Of a DNA stretch of 64,000 nucleotides, positions 10,030-20,060 are shown piece by piece; the first letter of the stretch is position 1; each line of letters opens with the position of its first letter. Source of the stretch: a virus; the IMG/VR virus record IMGVR_UViG_3300033233_000004, positions 1 to 64,000 of that record; one strand, written 5' to 3'. Both the position numbers and the translations under genes were made by a program. The notes under the pieces were generated by a model that searched no databases, had not been told where the DNA came from, and saw only the letters and a program-made list of their open reading frames with translations.

Positions 10030-10362
10030 TTATCCTTGTGTTGATGATACGGGTGTAGTTAATGCTGATGGTTCTGGCATGATTTGTCCGTTAATAACTA
10101 AAGGGTAACCCCCCGCAGATAAATTATCGAATGGTTGTTGAAGTACTTGAAATGACTCAAAATTAGGTAACAAAAACTTTCTAATGTGGTCATTCAACGA
10201 TGTATCCCAAATGAAAACACATCCCTCGGATGCACGTATTTCAACTATTCCGCCAACATGTTGCACCGTCTCTCCTGTTGTAGCCTTGAGATATGTAAAA
10301 TTTATTTGCATACGATTCATGGCTGCTTGAATCATTGCTTGCATATCTATTTCCGATAACAT
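10030..10362 (-). CDS. WYL-like domain protein
   Basis: INFTYLKATTGE...FIWDTSLNDHIRKFLLPNFESFQVL resembles the WYL pattern. Confidence 0.45.
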   Translation of the reverse strand: MLSEIDMQAMIQAAMNRMQINFTYLKATTGETVQHVGGIVEIRASEGCVFIWDTSLNDHIRKFLLPNFESFQVLQQPFDNLSAGGYPLVINGQIMPEPSALTTPVSSTQG

Positions 10363-10373
10363 TTTAATGACTC

Positions 10374-10401
10374 CTATCCCAAATAATTATAAAGTCACAA
10401 C
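10374..10401 (-). promoter_or_regulatory. Conserved upstream motif, copy 2
   Basis: GTTGTGACTTTATAATTATTTGGGATAG on minus strand. Confidence 0.55.
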
Positions 10402-10423
10402 GTAGAATTGCAACATGGTTTCA

Positions 10424-10654
10424 TCAACTATCGCGCCATAACCGTTTTGAAACATTGATAGCATCCTCGCACTTATCACATAACCGTTCTGCACATTTCA
10501 ATATTGCCAACAGTTGGTCAGCAAAATGTTCATTAACAACCGTTCCTTCAGTAATTTGCAGAACATGCTGTCTTCCATGCGCTATCGCTTTGACAAATCC
10601 ATTTTTGTTTCTGACGATGCGAAACGCACTGCGCCTAACAGTTCTATGCTTCAT
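10424..10654 (-). CDS. Hypothetical protein
   Basis: 76-aa ORF with a GGAG/AGG-type RBS. Confidence 0.55.
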   Translation of the reverse strand: MKHRTVRRSAFRIVRNKNGFVKAIAHGRQHVLQITEGTVVNEHFADQLLAILKCAERLCDKCEDAINVSKRLWRDS

Positions 10655-10734
10655 ACCTTCTCCCTTGTACTATAGTAAAGTTTGAACCCGCTCGCGCTGC
10701 GTCTAACAACGGGCACTACGTTAGTTGCCATTGG

Positions 10735-11007
10735 CTATACCACTTTTCGGAGACAGTTCGTGCATCTACCGTTTTTCACTTTTTCGTGTTTGCACTCTGA
10801 ACCAAAGCGTCTGTCTCCTTCTTTGCGTGCAAGCTCATACTCGCAGTCCGGGCAATCTTGGTTGAGTCCCGAATAGTTGTGCTTGCTACACGTGTAAACT
10901 TTGTTCTGATTAAAAAAAATCTCAGTTTCCTTTCTGTTGTTCGGACTTTTCATTGTCAAAATTTCTGCATTGTTACTCCGCAGACGGCAAGTGAAGTCTC
11001 TTCTCAA
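10735..11007 (-). CDS. Small Cys-rich hypothetical protein (start probably ~10953)
   Basis: CSKH..CPDC..CKH..CTNC. Confidence 0.5.
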   Translation of the reverse strand: MRRDFTCRLRSNNAEILTMKSPNNRKETEIFFNQNKVYTCSKHNYSGLNQDCPDCEYELARKEGDRRFGSECKHEKVKNGRCTNCLRKVV

Positions 11008-11200
11008 TCAATTGCATTATGTCTGTAAACGGATAACAGGGGAATGTTCCCCACCAGTCATCATGTGCATTGGTTCGCCTCTTGACTTCACTCAATCGGT
11101 ATAGTACATCAAACAGGAATCGTGTGCTTGGTTCGCTCAAACGGCGGCTCACAATCGGCTTGCCGACATTCTCTCGTTTGGATTTCTTTTCGGTGCTCAT
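10973..11200 (-). CDS. Hypothetical protein
   Basis: 75 aa with GGAG RBS. Confidence 0.55.
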   Translation of the reverse strand: MSTEKKSKRENVGKPIVSRRLSEPSTRFLFDVLYRLSEVKRRTNAHDDWWGTFPCYPFTDIMQLIEKRLHLPSAE

Positions 11201-11283
11201 TCTATTACTCCGCTCACGATTTGGTTGATCCCCCTTTTTACTTTTAAATAAATATATGTATTCTCCACATCAAAGTCAAGAGC

Positions 11284-13218
11284 TTATCGACGAATTCTAT
11301 CAACAATATCTGCTCTTCCACTAAATGTAGCCATCCTCGCCCCTCTGTACGCCAAATTACCACCTTTAAGAGGAGAAATCGACTTCGGACGAGTAGTAGG
11401 AGCAAGATTCTTGTTGACTCTATCTTCAAGACTTTTTCTTGTCGGATTAGATAGTAATGCTAATCTATATATCAAATTAGCAGCAGAATCAGCAAAGTCA
11501 TCGTGTTGAACAGGGCCTGTTGATGGATGTGAGTAGTACATAATTCCACCAGAGATATATCGCTGCAAGTACTTAAGCTCTTGCTTCCACTGATTAATAT
11601 AACCACCTATGTCAACACCATATGACTTAATACGATTGTATTGAGCCAACGACAAGAAGTTACCATACATCTCTGCTTTATATGGATTTGTATAGAACGT
11701 TTCAAGTGCTGGTAAACCAGCCTTCTGTAAATGAGATATACTTTCAGCAGAATTAAACTGGTCATACACTATTTCCAGAACAAAATTACGCCCAATCTCA
11801 TTTGCCAAATCTATAATGAATTTTGTTACTTCCGCAGGGTCTACAGCTATTTTCTGATATCCGCCACCGCCCATAGGAATTACAGTCTCATGCCAACATT
11901 GAAAGCCGTCAACCCAATAATCAGGACTACCGATTTGATAATGCCCCCATGATACTACATAAGTATCAGCTAATTTTTTCTTTGCTTGACCGCCGGGGTC
12001 AACTGAGATTACGAACCTTTGATCCAATCTACTACAAACCCTAACCATAGGAAAATCTGGTTGGGGTATTGAATTGATAATAGTCTCAGATATAAAGTTA
12101 CCAGATACGTTACCAAATCGAGCACCATATTCCATATTGGCATAAATAGGGTCTTTACGGAATTCATCCTCTAAAGATTCTCTTGACATATTTGGATTAC
12201 AGTCCCATGTCGGCAATTGAACTACAGCCATGTGTGTTGGTCGAGCAGCAGTCTCAGGATGATCTTGTTCAATACCACCAGCCTCACAATATAACTGATA
12301 GAATTGACCACCTTTTTCTCGTGGAGTAGACTCATAAAGAACACGACCATCTACTCCGAAGTCACCAACTGATGGCTTCATTGCTTTCCACATGGCATAA
12401 TCGGTTTGTTCTGTTTCTTCGCTTAAAAGGTTTTCTGTTAATGTAGAATCAAACTTAGGACGTTCAAAATGGGAATACTCAGAGAATATAAGAAGTTTGA
12501 TAGCTTTTCCACGTTTGCTGGAAGCTCGTGTGGTCAATGATTGCACCATAATAGAACCTTCAAGAGGCTTCTGTCTTTCAACAGACTTACGACTTTCATT
12601 CTCTTTGGCTATACGAGCATTATCACGTAAATCTGCTGGCGTAAAAATACGCATCTCAGATGAATTATACTTTGTATAATCAAAATAAGGTGCAAAAAAG
12701 GCACACTTGCGCATTCTATCCTTTGTAAACTGAAACATATCATCGGCTTGGTCACCACTTACAGCAATATGCGTGATACTAATAGGATGTCGTTCCAGCA
12801 TTTTATAATACCATTGGGGGTCACCTTTACAAATCAAAGAATATACTTCATACGAAGCAATAAAAGACATTAGTGTAGATTTACCGCCACGCCGACCATC
12901 CACCAATACCATTTCTCTTATATATTGCGGAGTAAGAGTATTAATTGTGATGCCCCATTCCTGTTCTAACTTAGCAAGAATTTTTTTCTCATCGGGAGTT
13001 GGCGGGTATAAAGGTCTATTTTCTTTTTCATCCATCCATAAATTATAAAACGTCTTAATGGTAACACTTTGCCATGGACGTAAATCAATATTCAAAAATT
13101 GAGAACTTGTAATGAATTCATAAGCATCCACTTCGGGTATTTGAAGGGTTTCCCGACTTTCATCACCTTTCTTCTCAGGATATACTTCTTCATATGTCGA
13201 ATCTACAAAAGTACCCAT
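11284..13218 (-). CDS. terL: Terminase large subunit
   Basis: LRPWQ adenine motif, Walker A DGRRGGKS, Walker B LLIFSE, ESTP motif, nuclease ISVDPG..YDQFNS..HDDFADS. Confidence 0.9.
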   Translation of the reverse strand: MGTFVDSTYEEVYPEKKGDESRETLQIPEVDAYEFITSSQFLNIDLRPWQSVTIKTFYNLWMDEKENRPLYPPTPDEKKILAKLEQEWGITINTLTPQYIREMVLVDGRRGGKSTLMSFIASYEVYSLICKGDPQWYYKMLERHPISITHIAVSGDQADDMFQFTKDRMRKCAFFAPYFDYTKYNSSEMRIFTPADLRDNARIAKENESRKSVERQKPLEGSIMVQSLTTRASSKRGKAIKLLIFSEYSHFERPKFDSTLTENLLSEETEQTDYAMWKAMKPSVGDFGVDGRVLYESTPREKGGQFYQLYCEAGGIEQDHPETAARPTHMAVVQLPTWDCNPNMSRESLEDEFRKDPIYANMEYGARFGNVSGNFISETIINSIPQPDFPMVRVCSRLDQRFVISVDPGGQAKKKLADTYVVSWGHYQIGSPDYWVDGFQCWHETVIPMGGGGYQKIAVDPAEVTKFIIDLANEIGRNFVLEIVYDQFNSAESISHLQKAGLPALETFYTNPYKAEMYGNFLSLAQYNRIKSYGVDIGGYINQWKQELKYLQRYISGGIMYYSHPSTGPVQHDDFADSAANLIYRLALLSNPTRKSLEDRVNKNLAPTTRPKSISPLKGGNLAYRGARMATFSGRADIVDRIRR

Positions 13219-13223
13219 GGTAG

Positions 13224-14084
13224 TTACTTACTTTCTATTTGAAGAACTTCTTTCGTCTTTTCAATAACTGGTACTATGTCCGCATTCATACAATTTCTTA
13301 AAACACTGAAGATATGTTGCACAACGTCTGGTTGATTAGGCAATAATATATTCAAAGAGGCATGAAAATTTTTCATCATCCTTGAAAACTTAATCTCCAT
13401 ATCTGTAAGAGAAGAATTCATTACCTGAATAACAGTAGTATTACTTTTTGAAGCTTTTTCTGCCGTAGATGCATTTTTCTGTATGTCAGATTGTATCACA
13501 TCAATTTGCCTCGTAAGTTTAACAACCACATCATTTTCTTGACGACGTATCGAATTAAGAGAGTCTACTGAACCTGATTTCAGTTGATAGATACCTTCTA
13601 ATACTTTTGGAAGAATTCCTTGGTCAAGCAAAACTACGTTGTTCTCAGCTTCTCTTCGCTGTTTTTCAAGCTTACTCAAATTATTAATACGTTGACGATG
13701 AAGTTCCTCTCGCATAGTTATAGGATTTATTACATCATCATATTTTAAATTGTATAAACGTTGTAACATTTCCGCTTCATCTTGAAGAAGTCCTAATTTA
13801 CGAAGGTCTTCCTCAGTAAAAACTGCTTTGTCTTTACAACACTTCTTTCTATGATGACGAAAATTATGTTCGCCAAGAACTTTCCCCTCACTTACACGTT
13901 GAGGAGCAAATTGAGTATAATATCTTTGCATATCAGCAATTGAACGTCTATCAAACAAAATATCCAATGTAACTTCACATACTTTTTCCAATGGAAGATG
14001 TTTACACACGACACAAGCACGATGATTCAATGTGAAACTCTTAGACGCTATGTCTATGAATTCCTTTGTAGTAAGAGGTTCCAT
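13224..14084 (-). CDS. Hypothetical protein, possible terminase small subunit
   Basis: Immediately upstream of terL; CxxC...H..C N-terminus plus coiled coil. Confidence 0.45.
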   Translation of the reverse strand: MEPLTTKEFIDIASKSFTLNHRACVVCKHLPLEKVCEVTLDILFDRRSIADMQRYYTQFAPQRVSEGKVLGEHNFRHHRKKCCKDKAVFTEEDLRKLGLLQDEAEMLQRLYNLKYDDVINPITMREELHRQRINNLSKLEKQRREAENNVVLLDQGILPKVLEGIYQLKSGSVDSLNSIRRQENDVVVKLTRQIDVIQSDIQKNASTAEKASKSNTTVIQVMNSSLTDMEIKFSRMMKNFHASLNILLPNQPDVVQHIFSVLRNCMNADIVPVIEKTKEVLQIESK

Positions 14085-14086
14085 AA

Positions 14087-14497
14087 TTAGAAGTAGATGT
14101 TGATATCAGAATTGTCAGATGGGTCAGTATCTTCATAAGAGTCATCAAAACTCAGTGAAGCCGTTTCGTCCAGCCCGTGGGCGAGAGCCGGAGAAATATA
14201 ACGAATTGAAGCAAACTTAGGAATAACAGAATTGATTTTAGAAACTACAACTGAGGCGGGAATACTATCATCATCAGACCATAACAACATTGAATAACGG
14301 TCAAAGTCAAACCCATATTCACCGAAGTGTGCCTTAGCCCATTGAAGCGTACTTTTACCTTTTAACTTATCGCCATCCAGAACTATATATTCTGCTGGCT
14401 TATATACATCAGCAATAGCAAGTGTTGCGATCATATTATCATCTGACCGGAACGCCAACTTACTGAATAACAGAGAACTTCTCCAATTTGATAACAT
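14087..14497 (-). CDS. Hypothetical protein
   Basis: 136 aa with acidic tail. Confidence 0.65.
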   Translation of the reverse strand: MLSNWRSSLLFSKLAFRSDDNMIATLAIADVYKPAEYIVLDGDKLKGKSTLQWAKAHFGEYGFDFDRYSMLLWSDDDSIPASVVVSKINSVIPKFASIRYISPALAHGLDETASLSFDDSYEDTDPSDNSDINIYF

Positions 14498-14506
14498 GTC
14501 TGTTAC

Positions 14507-14534
14507 CTATCCCAAATGATGACGAACTTACAAC
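14507..14534 (-). promoter_or_regulatory. Conserved upstream motif, copy 3
   Basis: GTTGTAAGTTCGTCATCATTTGGGATAG on minus strand. Confidence 0.5.
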
Positions 14535-14713
14535 GGGATAACATTGACTTCCGCCTTTATAATTGCTCGTTCATCAATAAGATATTGCTGATATCCCGGA
14601 GATAATTGCATAGTAGATTTACAGATAGGACATGTGCGCACCTGTGCAGTATCGTCAAATCGCAAAGTTTCTCCACAGTTTTCACAATCATAAAAAAAAT
14701 TTCCAAGTTTCAT
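14528..14713 (-). CDS. Small zinc-ribbon protein
   Basis: CENC...CPIC. Confidence 0.65.
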   Translation of the reverse strand: MKLGNFFYDCENCGETLRFDDTAQVRTCPICKSTMQLSPGYQQYLIDERAIIKAEVNVIPL

Positions 14714-14716
14714 ATA

Positions 14717-16603
14717 TTACCCCAAGATACTTAATGCTTCTTTGATTTCTGAATTAAGAGAAACAAAACCATGGATAATTTCAATTACGTCTTCAAGCAA
14801 TATATTCAAAGCGATTGCAAGTAGACTGGATTGTGGTTTCATTCTCTTCTCATGTGATTGAGAAGGTGGGTATTCATATAAGAATCGCTCACGAACCTTG
14901 GATTGACCTTTCTCGCCTACTTTCTTTGCCAATTTATCAATTTCTTCAGCAAGATGTTGGTCAATTAGTTGTGCTTCTGCAATTACTTGAGCTACAGTAA
15001 CTGCTGGTTGAAGGGTCTTAGTACGAGACAATGCTGCCCATAATTCTTCTCGATAGTGAACAAGACTGTCTTCTGTTACAGAGATCGCTTTATATGCCAT
15101 CTCAAGAGCATCCTTCAAAAGTTTCTCCTCCTCAGTTATAGCTGGCATATGTTGAGTGGAAATATCAGCCATTTCTTTTTGATGAGGTGCTAATGCGGTA
15201 GCTAACGCATCCTTCAACGTTTGTAGACGTTGATAATGCTGCATAAAACTATCAAGAAATAGTTGAATTTCTTTCGAGGCAGGTTGAATAATACCGGGTT
15301 CAACATATTCCTTTAACACAGGAGCTTTTTGTGTAGGCTTATGTTCTACTGGTTTATCGGAAGGAATAGTTGGGTCAACTTTTTTTTTTCGATAATCGAA
15401 TTCTATTTCGGCAAGACTAACCAAACCTACTGCTTGAGCAATAGCGGTCTTTTCAACAGAATACTGGTTATTTGCTTCTGGTTTCACTGGTTCACGTTCT
15501 GGCTGGATTCCTTTACCTTTTTCAATAGCTTTGACTTCCTTATTGCCGGTACCGCCAAGAAGCTCACGATATTGACGAATAGTCATCCTATCCATGTATT
15601 GACGTTGTTCATTATTGAACTTCTCACGGTTAGCAACTTGGTTCTCATCCATAGCCTTCATAGGAATGTTGTAACCTTTACCAGTATCAAGACCAACTGA
15701 ATCATCACGCTTTTGGTCTTTTGGAAATTCAGTCATACCAATAGTCATATCCTTTTCCTTGGGTGGGCTTGATACAGGAATGTTATTAACTATTGAATGT
15801 CCAGAATCAACTACGTCACGCTTATCGGGATGGAATGTCAAATCCTTTGTAACAGGAGTTAAACCCACTTTCTTAAGATGATGAGCATCTTTCTTCAAAC
15901 GTTCAACTTGACCTACTGTAGTAATTTTTTTGCGATACTCCATCCAAGGAATATGTTTTGAAACTACTTGCACAGGAGCCTTGGTACTTGCCAAGATAGG
16001 AATAGCACCCTTTACTACATCCTCTGCGGGTCTGCCACCATAATTGATAGCGTAATCGTCGTCGTCTGGTTTCATCAAATTTTCTGGATGCTCAACATGC
16101 TTTGTCTCAACACCGTCAGGAACTTTAACAGACGTAATCATATCCGTTGGTTTGTGATGTTCACCAGCAAGCTCATTGAACAAATTAGCATCCTCAACCA
16201 TTTCATTAATATCACCTTCAATACCTTGTTCTGCACGTTGCATCTCTTGAATTTCCTGTTCTATATCAGAAAGTAGATGATCTTGTACTTTTTCTACAAT
16301 TGCACTCGCATTACCATGAGATTCATCGTCATTAACAATTTTGTCGATGTCATTTGCCATAACGTTTCTCCTATTGGTCGTCGTCTTCATTACTGGTTTT
16401 AATCCAGTTGATTGACCACCACTATTTAATTGCTGTTCTTGTACATCAGTAGAAGGAAGAACAGATTCCTCCTGTGTTTGAGGATTTATCATAACTGCGG
16501 AGCCATCGGGATTTAACTGCTTAAACAAATACTGTTTCCCATCACTTGGGTTATAGTATTGTGTATTAGGCTGCAACGAAGTTGGTGTTACTGGTGTATT
16601 CAT
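14717..16603 (-). CDS. Hypothetical protein, putative head/virion component
   Basis: 628 aa, low complexity plus coiled coil, next to the terminase. Confidence 0.6.
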   Translation of the reverse strand: MNTPVTPTSLQPNTQYYNPSDGKQYLFKQLNPDGSAVMINPQTQEESVLPSTDVQEQQLNSGGQSTGLKPVMKTTTNRRNVMANDIDKIVNDDESHGNASAIVEKVQDHLLSDIEQEIQEMQRAEQGIEGDINEMVEDANLFNELAGEHHKPTDMITSVKVPDGVETKHVEHPENLMKPDDDDYAINYGGRPAEDVVKGAIPILASTKAPVQVVSKHIPWMEYRKKITTVGQVERLKKDAHHLKKVGLTPVTKDLTFHPDKRDVVDSGHSIVNNIPVSSPPKEKDMTIGMTEFPKDQKRDDSVGLDTGKGYNIPMKAMDENQVANREKFNNEQRQYMDRMTIRQYRELLGGTGNKEVKAIEKGKGIQPEREPVKPEANNQYSVEKTAIAQAVGLVSLAEIEFDYRKKKVDPTIPSDKPVEHKPTQKAPVLKEYVEPGIIQPASKEIQLFLDSFMQHYQRLQTLKDALATALAPHQKEMADISTQHMPAITEEEKLLKDALEMAYKAISVTEDSLVHYREELWAALSRTKTLQPAVTVAQVIAEAQLIDQHLAEEIDKLAKKVGEKGQSKVRERFLYEYPPSQSHEKRMKPQSSLLAIALNILLEDVIEIIHGFVSLNSEIKEALSILG

Positions 16604-16618
16604 GATTCAGTTTCCAAA

Positions 16619-17395
16619 TTATCGAGGTATGGCTTGAAAGCGGGTACAATCCGGTTTTTTGAACACGGGTGTATCCGAACGCTTTCTAACTTCCCTTGAT
16701 GGTTTAGAAAACTCTTTTCCTTTTATTAAATCACTCACAGCTTCCTTAGTAAATGGATGTTCAACTCCATCTGCTGTTTTGAATATCTTTGGCATAATAA
16801 ACTTACCCCCCACGTCGATGCCCACAGTAGCCACAACCGATTGTCGTAGACGAGGCCCAATCATCCAAGACAGTTCTGCTGTCACTTCTCGATAACCGTG
16901 AAAATGCTTACCTTCCATCGCAGCATTCTTGCCAGTAAGATATTTTGCCCTTGCTCCATACGCACCACATCCAGATGCAAAGTCGGCCAGTGCTTGCAAT
17001 GCCTTAAACTGTATATGACGGTTTATAGTCGAGTCAACCATATACGAAGGATGTATTTGTCGTTCTCTCGCATCAAGACGTGTTTCTTTTGACTCGGATT
17101 GCACATGCATATTCTCAGGCTTTGCAAGCACCTTAATTTGTTTATGAGGTACAATTTTTCCACCCCATACATCAACCAAAGCACCACCCTTTGAAAGTTG
17201 AGAAACTACAATAGGGTCAGTAGCTTGAAGAACATGACCTCTACTATCACGATATGATATTGTAACAAGATTTGATGCAGCCGTCTTATTAATACCAGAC
17301 GAAGCAACTTTACTTAATGTGCTCTTTGCAGCTTCCACAACCTTAGAAAGGTTAAGCCAACGTGGTGTATTATTACCTGAATATTTTGTAGACAT
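16619..17395 (-). CDS. Hypothetical protein, putative virion component
   Basis: Start corrected to ATG 17395 (MSTKY), which has an AAGGAG RBS. Confidence 0.65.
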   Translation of the reverse strand: MSTKYSGNNTPRWLNLSKVVEAAKSTLSKVASSGINKTAASNLVTISYRDSRGHVLQATDPIVVSQLSKGGALVDVWGGKIVPHKQIKVLAKPENMHVQSESKETRLDARERQIHPSYMVDSTINRHIQFKALQALADFASGCGAYGARAKYLTGKNAAMEGKHFHGYREVTAELSWMIGPRLRQSVVATVGIDVGGKFIMPKIFKTADGVEHPFTKEAVSDLIKGKEFSKPSREVRKRSDTPVFKKPDCTRFQAIPR

Positions 17396-17417
17396 GATTA
17401 TTCTCCTTAGAACTAAA

Positions 17418-18785
17418 TTAAAATTGGGTAGGGCTTTCAGTCTGTGAAAAATCCTGCTTCTGTTGTGTTTGATTCTGTTGTCCAGTTGGAGTTTGTTGCT
17501 GCGCTGGTTGCGGAGATACACCCCCATTCAATTGAGGCTGTTGTCCTTGCACTGCTGCATCAATGTCTTCAAGTGCAGGCGGCTTCACAAATTTTACAGT
17601 TACGGCATTTGAATTTGGGTCAACGCTCATTTGAAATCGCTGCTTCGTTCCTTCACCTTCTGCTTGAGTACTATCATATACAGGTGGTTTATTAGCTGTA
17701 TCGGCAGTAGGTGGTGCATTCTCTTGCAATGCTGGATTCGGTGGTAAAGGATTATTACCAGCTTCATCGTTTTCATTCTGAGAATCCCGGTTTGTCCAAC
17801 CCATAGGCGGAACTTTGTCACTTATATCAACGCCAAGCTTACTTAATATTTCATCATCATCAGACTTTGCTTGAACAATTTCATAACCAATAACACGAAT
17901 CTTCTCATTAGTATCAGGACGAATAATCTGACTTCCGACCTTTACACGAGAACCAAGAGATAATGCTACCTTCACTCCATCCTCATTAACAAAATGATAA
18001 CGCTCTGGATATCCTTCAAATTGTTCAGCAACAATAGTAACTATCTTTGCTCCATAATGTGTCAACATCTTTATCGTAGAAGCTAATGGCGCACCAGCAG
18101 GGGTGGGTGTTGGCGGAGTTGGTTCCTTAGCTTCATTGCCACCAAGCGGAACTTCTCCTTGTGTAACAGGTAAATTATTTTCTGGTTTCTCTTCTTTTGG
18201 TGCAGTAGGTGCAGGAGCAGTAGCACCACCACCAACTTCACTGGTAAGGTCTTCAACTTGTTTGAAGAATGATTCTCCCTTTGCAGGGTCATTGAATTCA
18301 ACTGTGACAGTTGCCTTACCACCCTGACCACCTTGGTCAATAGTTAAATTCTTATTGATAACACCGGGAGCAATAGGTGGTTGATTCTTGGGTAATTTTG
18401 GTTCAGCCACAGCACGAAGAGCAGTATTTGCAGATGCGGTAGCAGCAATCTTTTGTGAAGACATAACACCCTGCATCATTTCATCATCATCGGTCGTATA
18501 CGCCACCAACCATTCCATCTCAGTTCCTGTCTTCGGGTCTCGTACTGTTTCCTTTTTCCAAATAGTTGGTACAGTATCATCATCAGAAGCGAGAGAATAT
18601 AAATCAAAACCTTGATAACTGAACGCATGCTTACCAATGTTAGCAAAAGCTATCTTTCCAGTTTTCAATTCATTCACTGGAATTCGAATGATCTTTTGTG
18701 TAACCTTTGATAACTGCTCCAATGCTTTTAAAGCAACGGTTTGTGCAACTGGTGACATGATGTGGTGGCGACTAATGGATTGCAT
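17418..18785 (-). CDS. Hypothetical Pro/Gln-rich protein, putative virion component
   Basis: 455 aa with AAGGAG RBS. Confidence 0.65.
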   Translation of the reverse strand: MQSISRHHIMSPVAQTVALKALEQLSKVTQKIIRIPVNELKTGKIAFANIGKHAFSYQGFDLYSLASDDDTVPTIWKKETVRDPKTGTEMEWLVAYTTDDDEMMQGVMSSQKIAATASANTALRAVAEPKLPKNQPPIAPGVINKNLTIDQGGQGGKATVTVEFNDPAKGESFFKQVEDLTSEVGGGATAPAPTAPKEEKPENNLPVTQGEVPLGGNEAKEPTPPTPTPAGAPLASTIKMLTHYGAKIVTIVAEQFEGYPERYHFVNEDGVKVALSLGSRVKVGSQIIRPDTNEKIRVIGYEIVQAKSDDDEILSKLGVDISDKVPPMGWTNRDSQNENDEAGNNPLPPNPALQENAPPTADTANKPPVYDSTQAEGEGTKQRFQMSVDPNSNAVTVKFVKPPALEDIDAAVQGQQPQLNGGVSPQPAQQQTPTGQQNQTQQKQDFSQTESPTQF

Positions 18786-18788
18786 AAT

Positions 18789-18926
18789 TTACTTCTCCTT
18801 AGAATGACAGGATATACAGATTGTGCCAACAAGATCGTTTGGATGCACTAAGTCTCCACAAAGAGAGCATGTCACCCTTTTGTCCTTGTCAGTATCAATT
18901 ATCGTTGAAACAGTCTTGGTTAACAC
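18789..18926 (-). CDS. Small zinc-finger protein (45 aa, not in ORF track)
   Basis: GTG start; MLTKTVSTIIDTDKDKRVTCSLCGDLVHPNDLVGTICISCHSKEK. Confidence 0.55.
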   Translation of the reverse strand: MLTKTVSTIIDTDKDKRVTCSLCGDLVHPNDLVGTICISCHSKEK

Positions 18927-19002
18927 GGTGTACCTATACCTATGATTACATACAATACTTAGAAAAAAGGATTGATGTTTTATAGTGGGTGTAAGCAGAA
19001 AA

Positions 19003-19034
19003 ACAATAAAAATGGGGCAGTATTAGTGCCCCAT
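19003..19034 (-). terminator. Rho-independent terminator ending the RAMP/guide operon
   Basis: atggggca-N7-tgccccat stem followed by a U-tract on the minus strand. Confidence 0.85.
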
Positions 19035-19083
19035 GCAGGAATCAGGGAATATAAAGAAATGATACCTTTTGAACTAAATTTCA

Positions 19084-19365
19084 ACCGTAACAAACCCGAA
19101 CGTACCGTGCCTTGACTAACCTCGCAGCATCATACAAAACCTAATTTTTGAACTATGAAACACTTTTAGAGCATTTCATAGTTATATAAACCGAACTCTA
19201 CCCCAACGCACCATACCCCAACTTACCATACCGAGTCCTACCTAACCTTATTTTCGAACCATGTAACACCTTTAGAGCATCACATGGTTAATGTAACCAA
19301 ACTCCACCATAACCCAACTTACCACAACGCACCTAAACATAACATACCAAGCCGCGCCTTACCTT
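19084..19365 (-). ncRNA. Downstream guide-like array: three GGY/GTY-NN pentamer tracts (19084-19143, 19190-19249, 19296-19365) and two 33-nt hairpins (19151-19183, 19257-19289)
   Basis: 12, 12 and 14 in-phase pentamers; hairpins have 14-bp stems and a CUAAA loop. Confidence 0.85.
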
Positions 19366-19377
19366 ATGAAAAGAGTC

Positions 19378-19977
19378 TTACACGCTCTTCACGGATACAA
19401 CACTGAATCGTCCATGCTCAGGTCGCCAGTCACCGAGACCAACCACTCTACCAGCTACATCAACGAAACGCTTCACAGCCGCTTCCTCAATGAGGTCAGG
19501 CATAAATGTCACATTGAATGCCAAAGCCCATTCAGCAAACTCAGGACGAGTACGCATAACACTCGACCCCATGTTGACCTTGACTGCCGTGTAGCTCTTA
19601 TTGTTACCCTCGGAATACAGTTTCTTGATGTCCTTGGCACCAGTGTATTCAAGAACCGCATCTGCCTCGACAATGATGCTGGACTTGGCGGTCGTGGCTT
19701 CCTTGGATTTCTTTGCCGCATTCACAAGGGTCGCCTTGAGAACGTAATCTGGAATTACAACTTGTTTCTTGTCATTCAGATACAAACTGGCGAACCATTC
19801 GAGACGACCCATCTCAAGATAGTCCTCGTCCGTCTTGTTCTTCTTTTTAGAAATGGCTTTCATCGCCTTTGATACTTCGGAAAGTGGGTCTTTCAACGCC
19901 ACACCATTGTGAAGAATTAGGCTACTATCGCCCTTGATTTTGAACTGCAATGTTTGTACACCTTTGGCGTTTGCCAT
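19378..19977 (-). CDS. Stand-alone Cas7/RAMP-like protein (Vipr-like), 199 aa
   Basis: Start corrected to ATG 19977 with AAAGGA RBS. RAMP hallmarks: FKIKGDSSLILHN, VVIPDYVLKATLVNAA, RTRPEF..W, and G-rich loop AGRVVGLGDWRPEHGRFSV. Confidence 0.8.
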   Translation of the reverse strand: MANAKGVQTLQFKIKGDSSLILHNGVALKDPLSEVSKAMKAISKKKNKTDEDYLEMGRLEWFASLYLNDKKQVVIPDYVLKATLVNAAKKSKEATTAKSSIIVEADAVLEYTGAKDIKKLYSEGNNKSYTAVKVNMGSSVMRTRPEFAEWALAFNVTFMPDLIEEAAVKRFVDVAGRVVGLGDWRPEHGRFSVVSVKSV

Positions 19978-20060
19978 TGTGATTATTCCTTTGCTTTGTT
20001 CGTGAATCATTGTATCGTTACTGCATGTCGAACGACTTGACCTTTGAAAATAAAAAAGAA

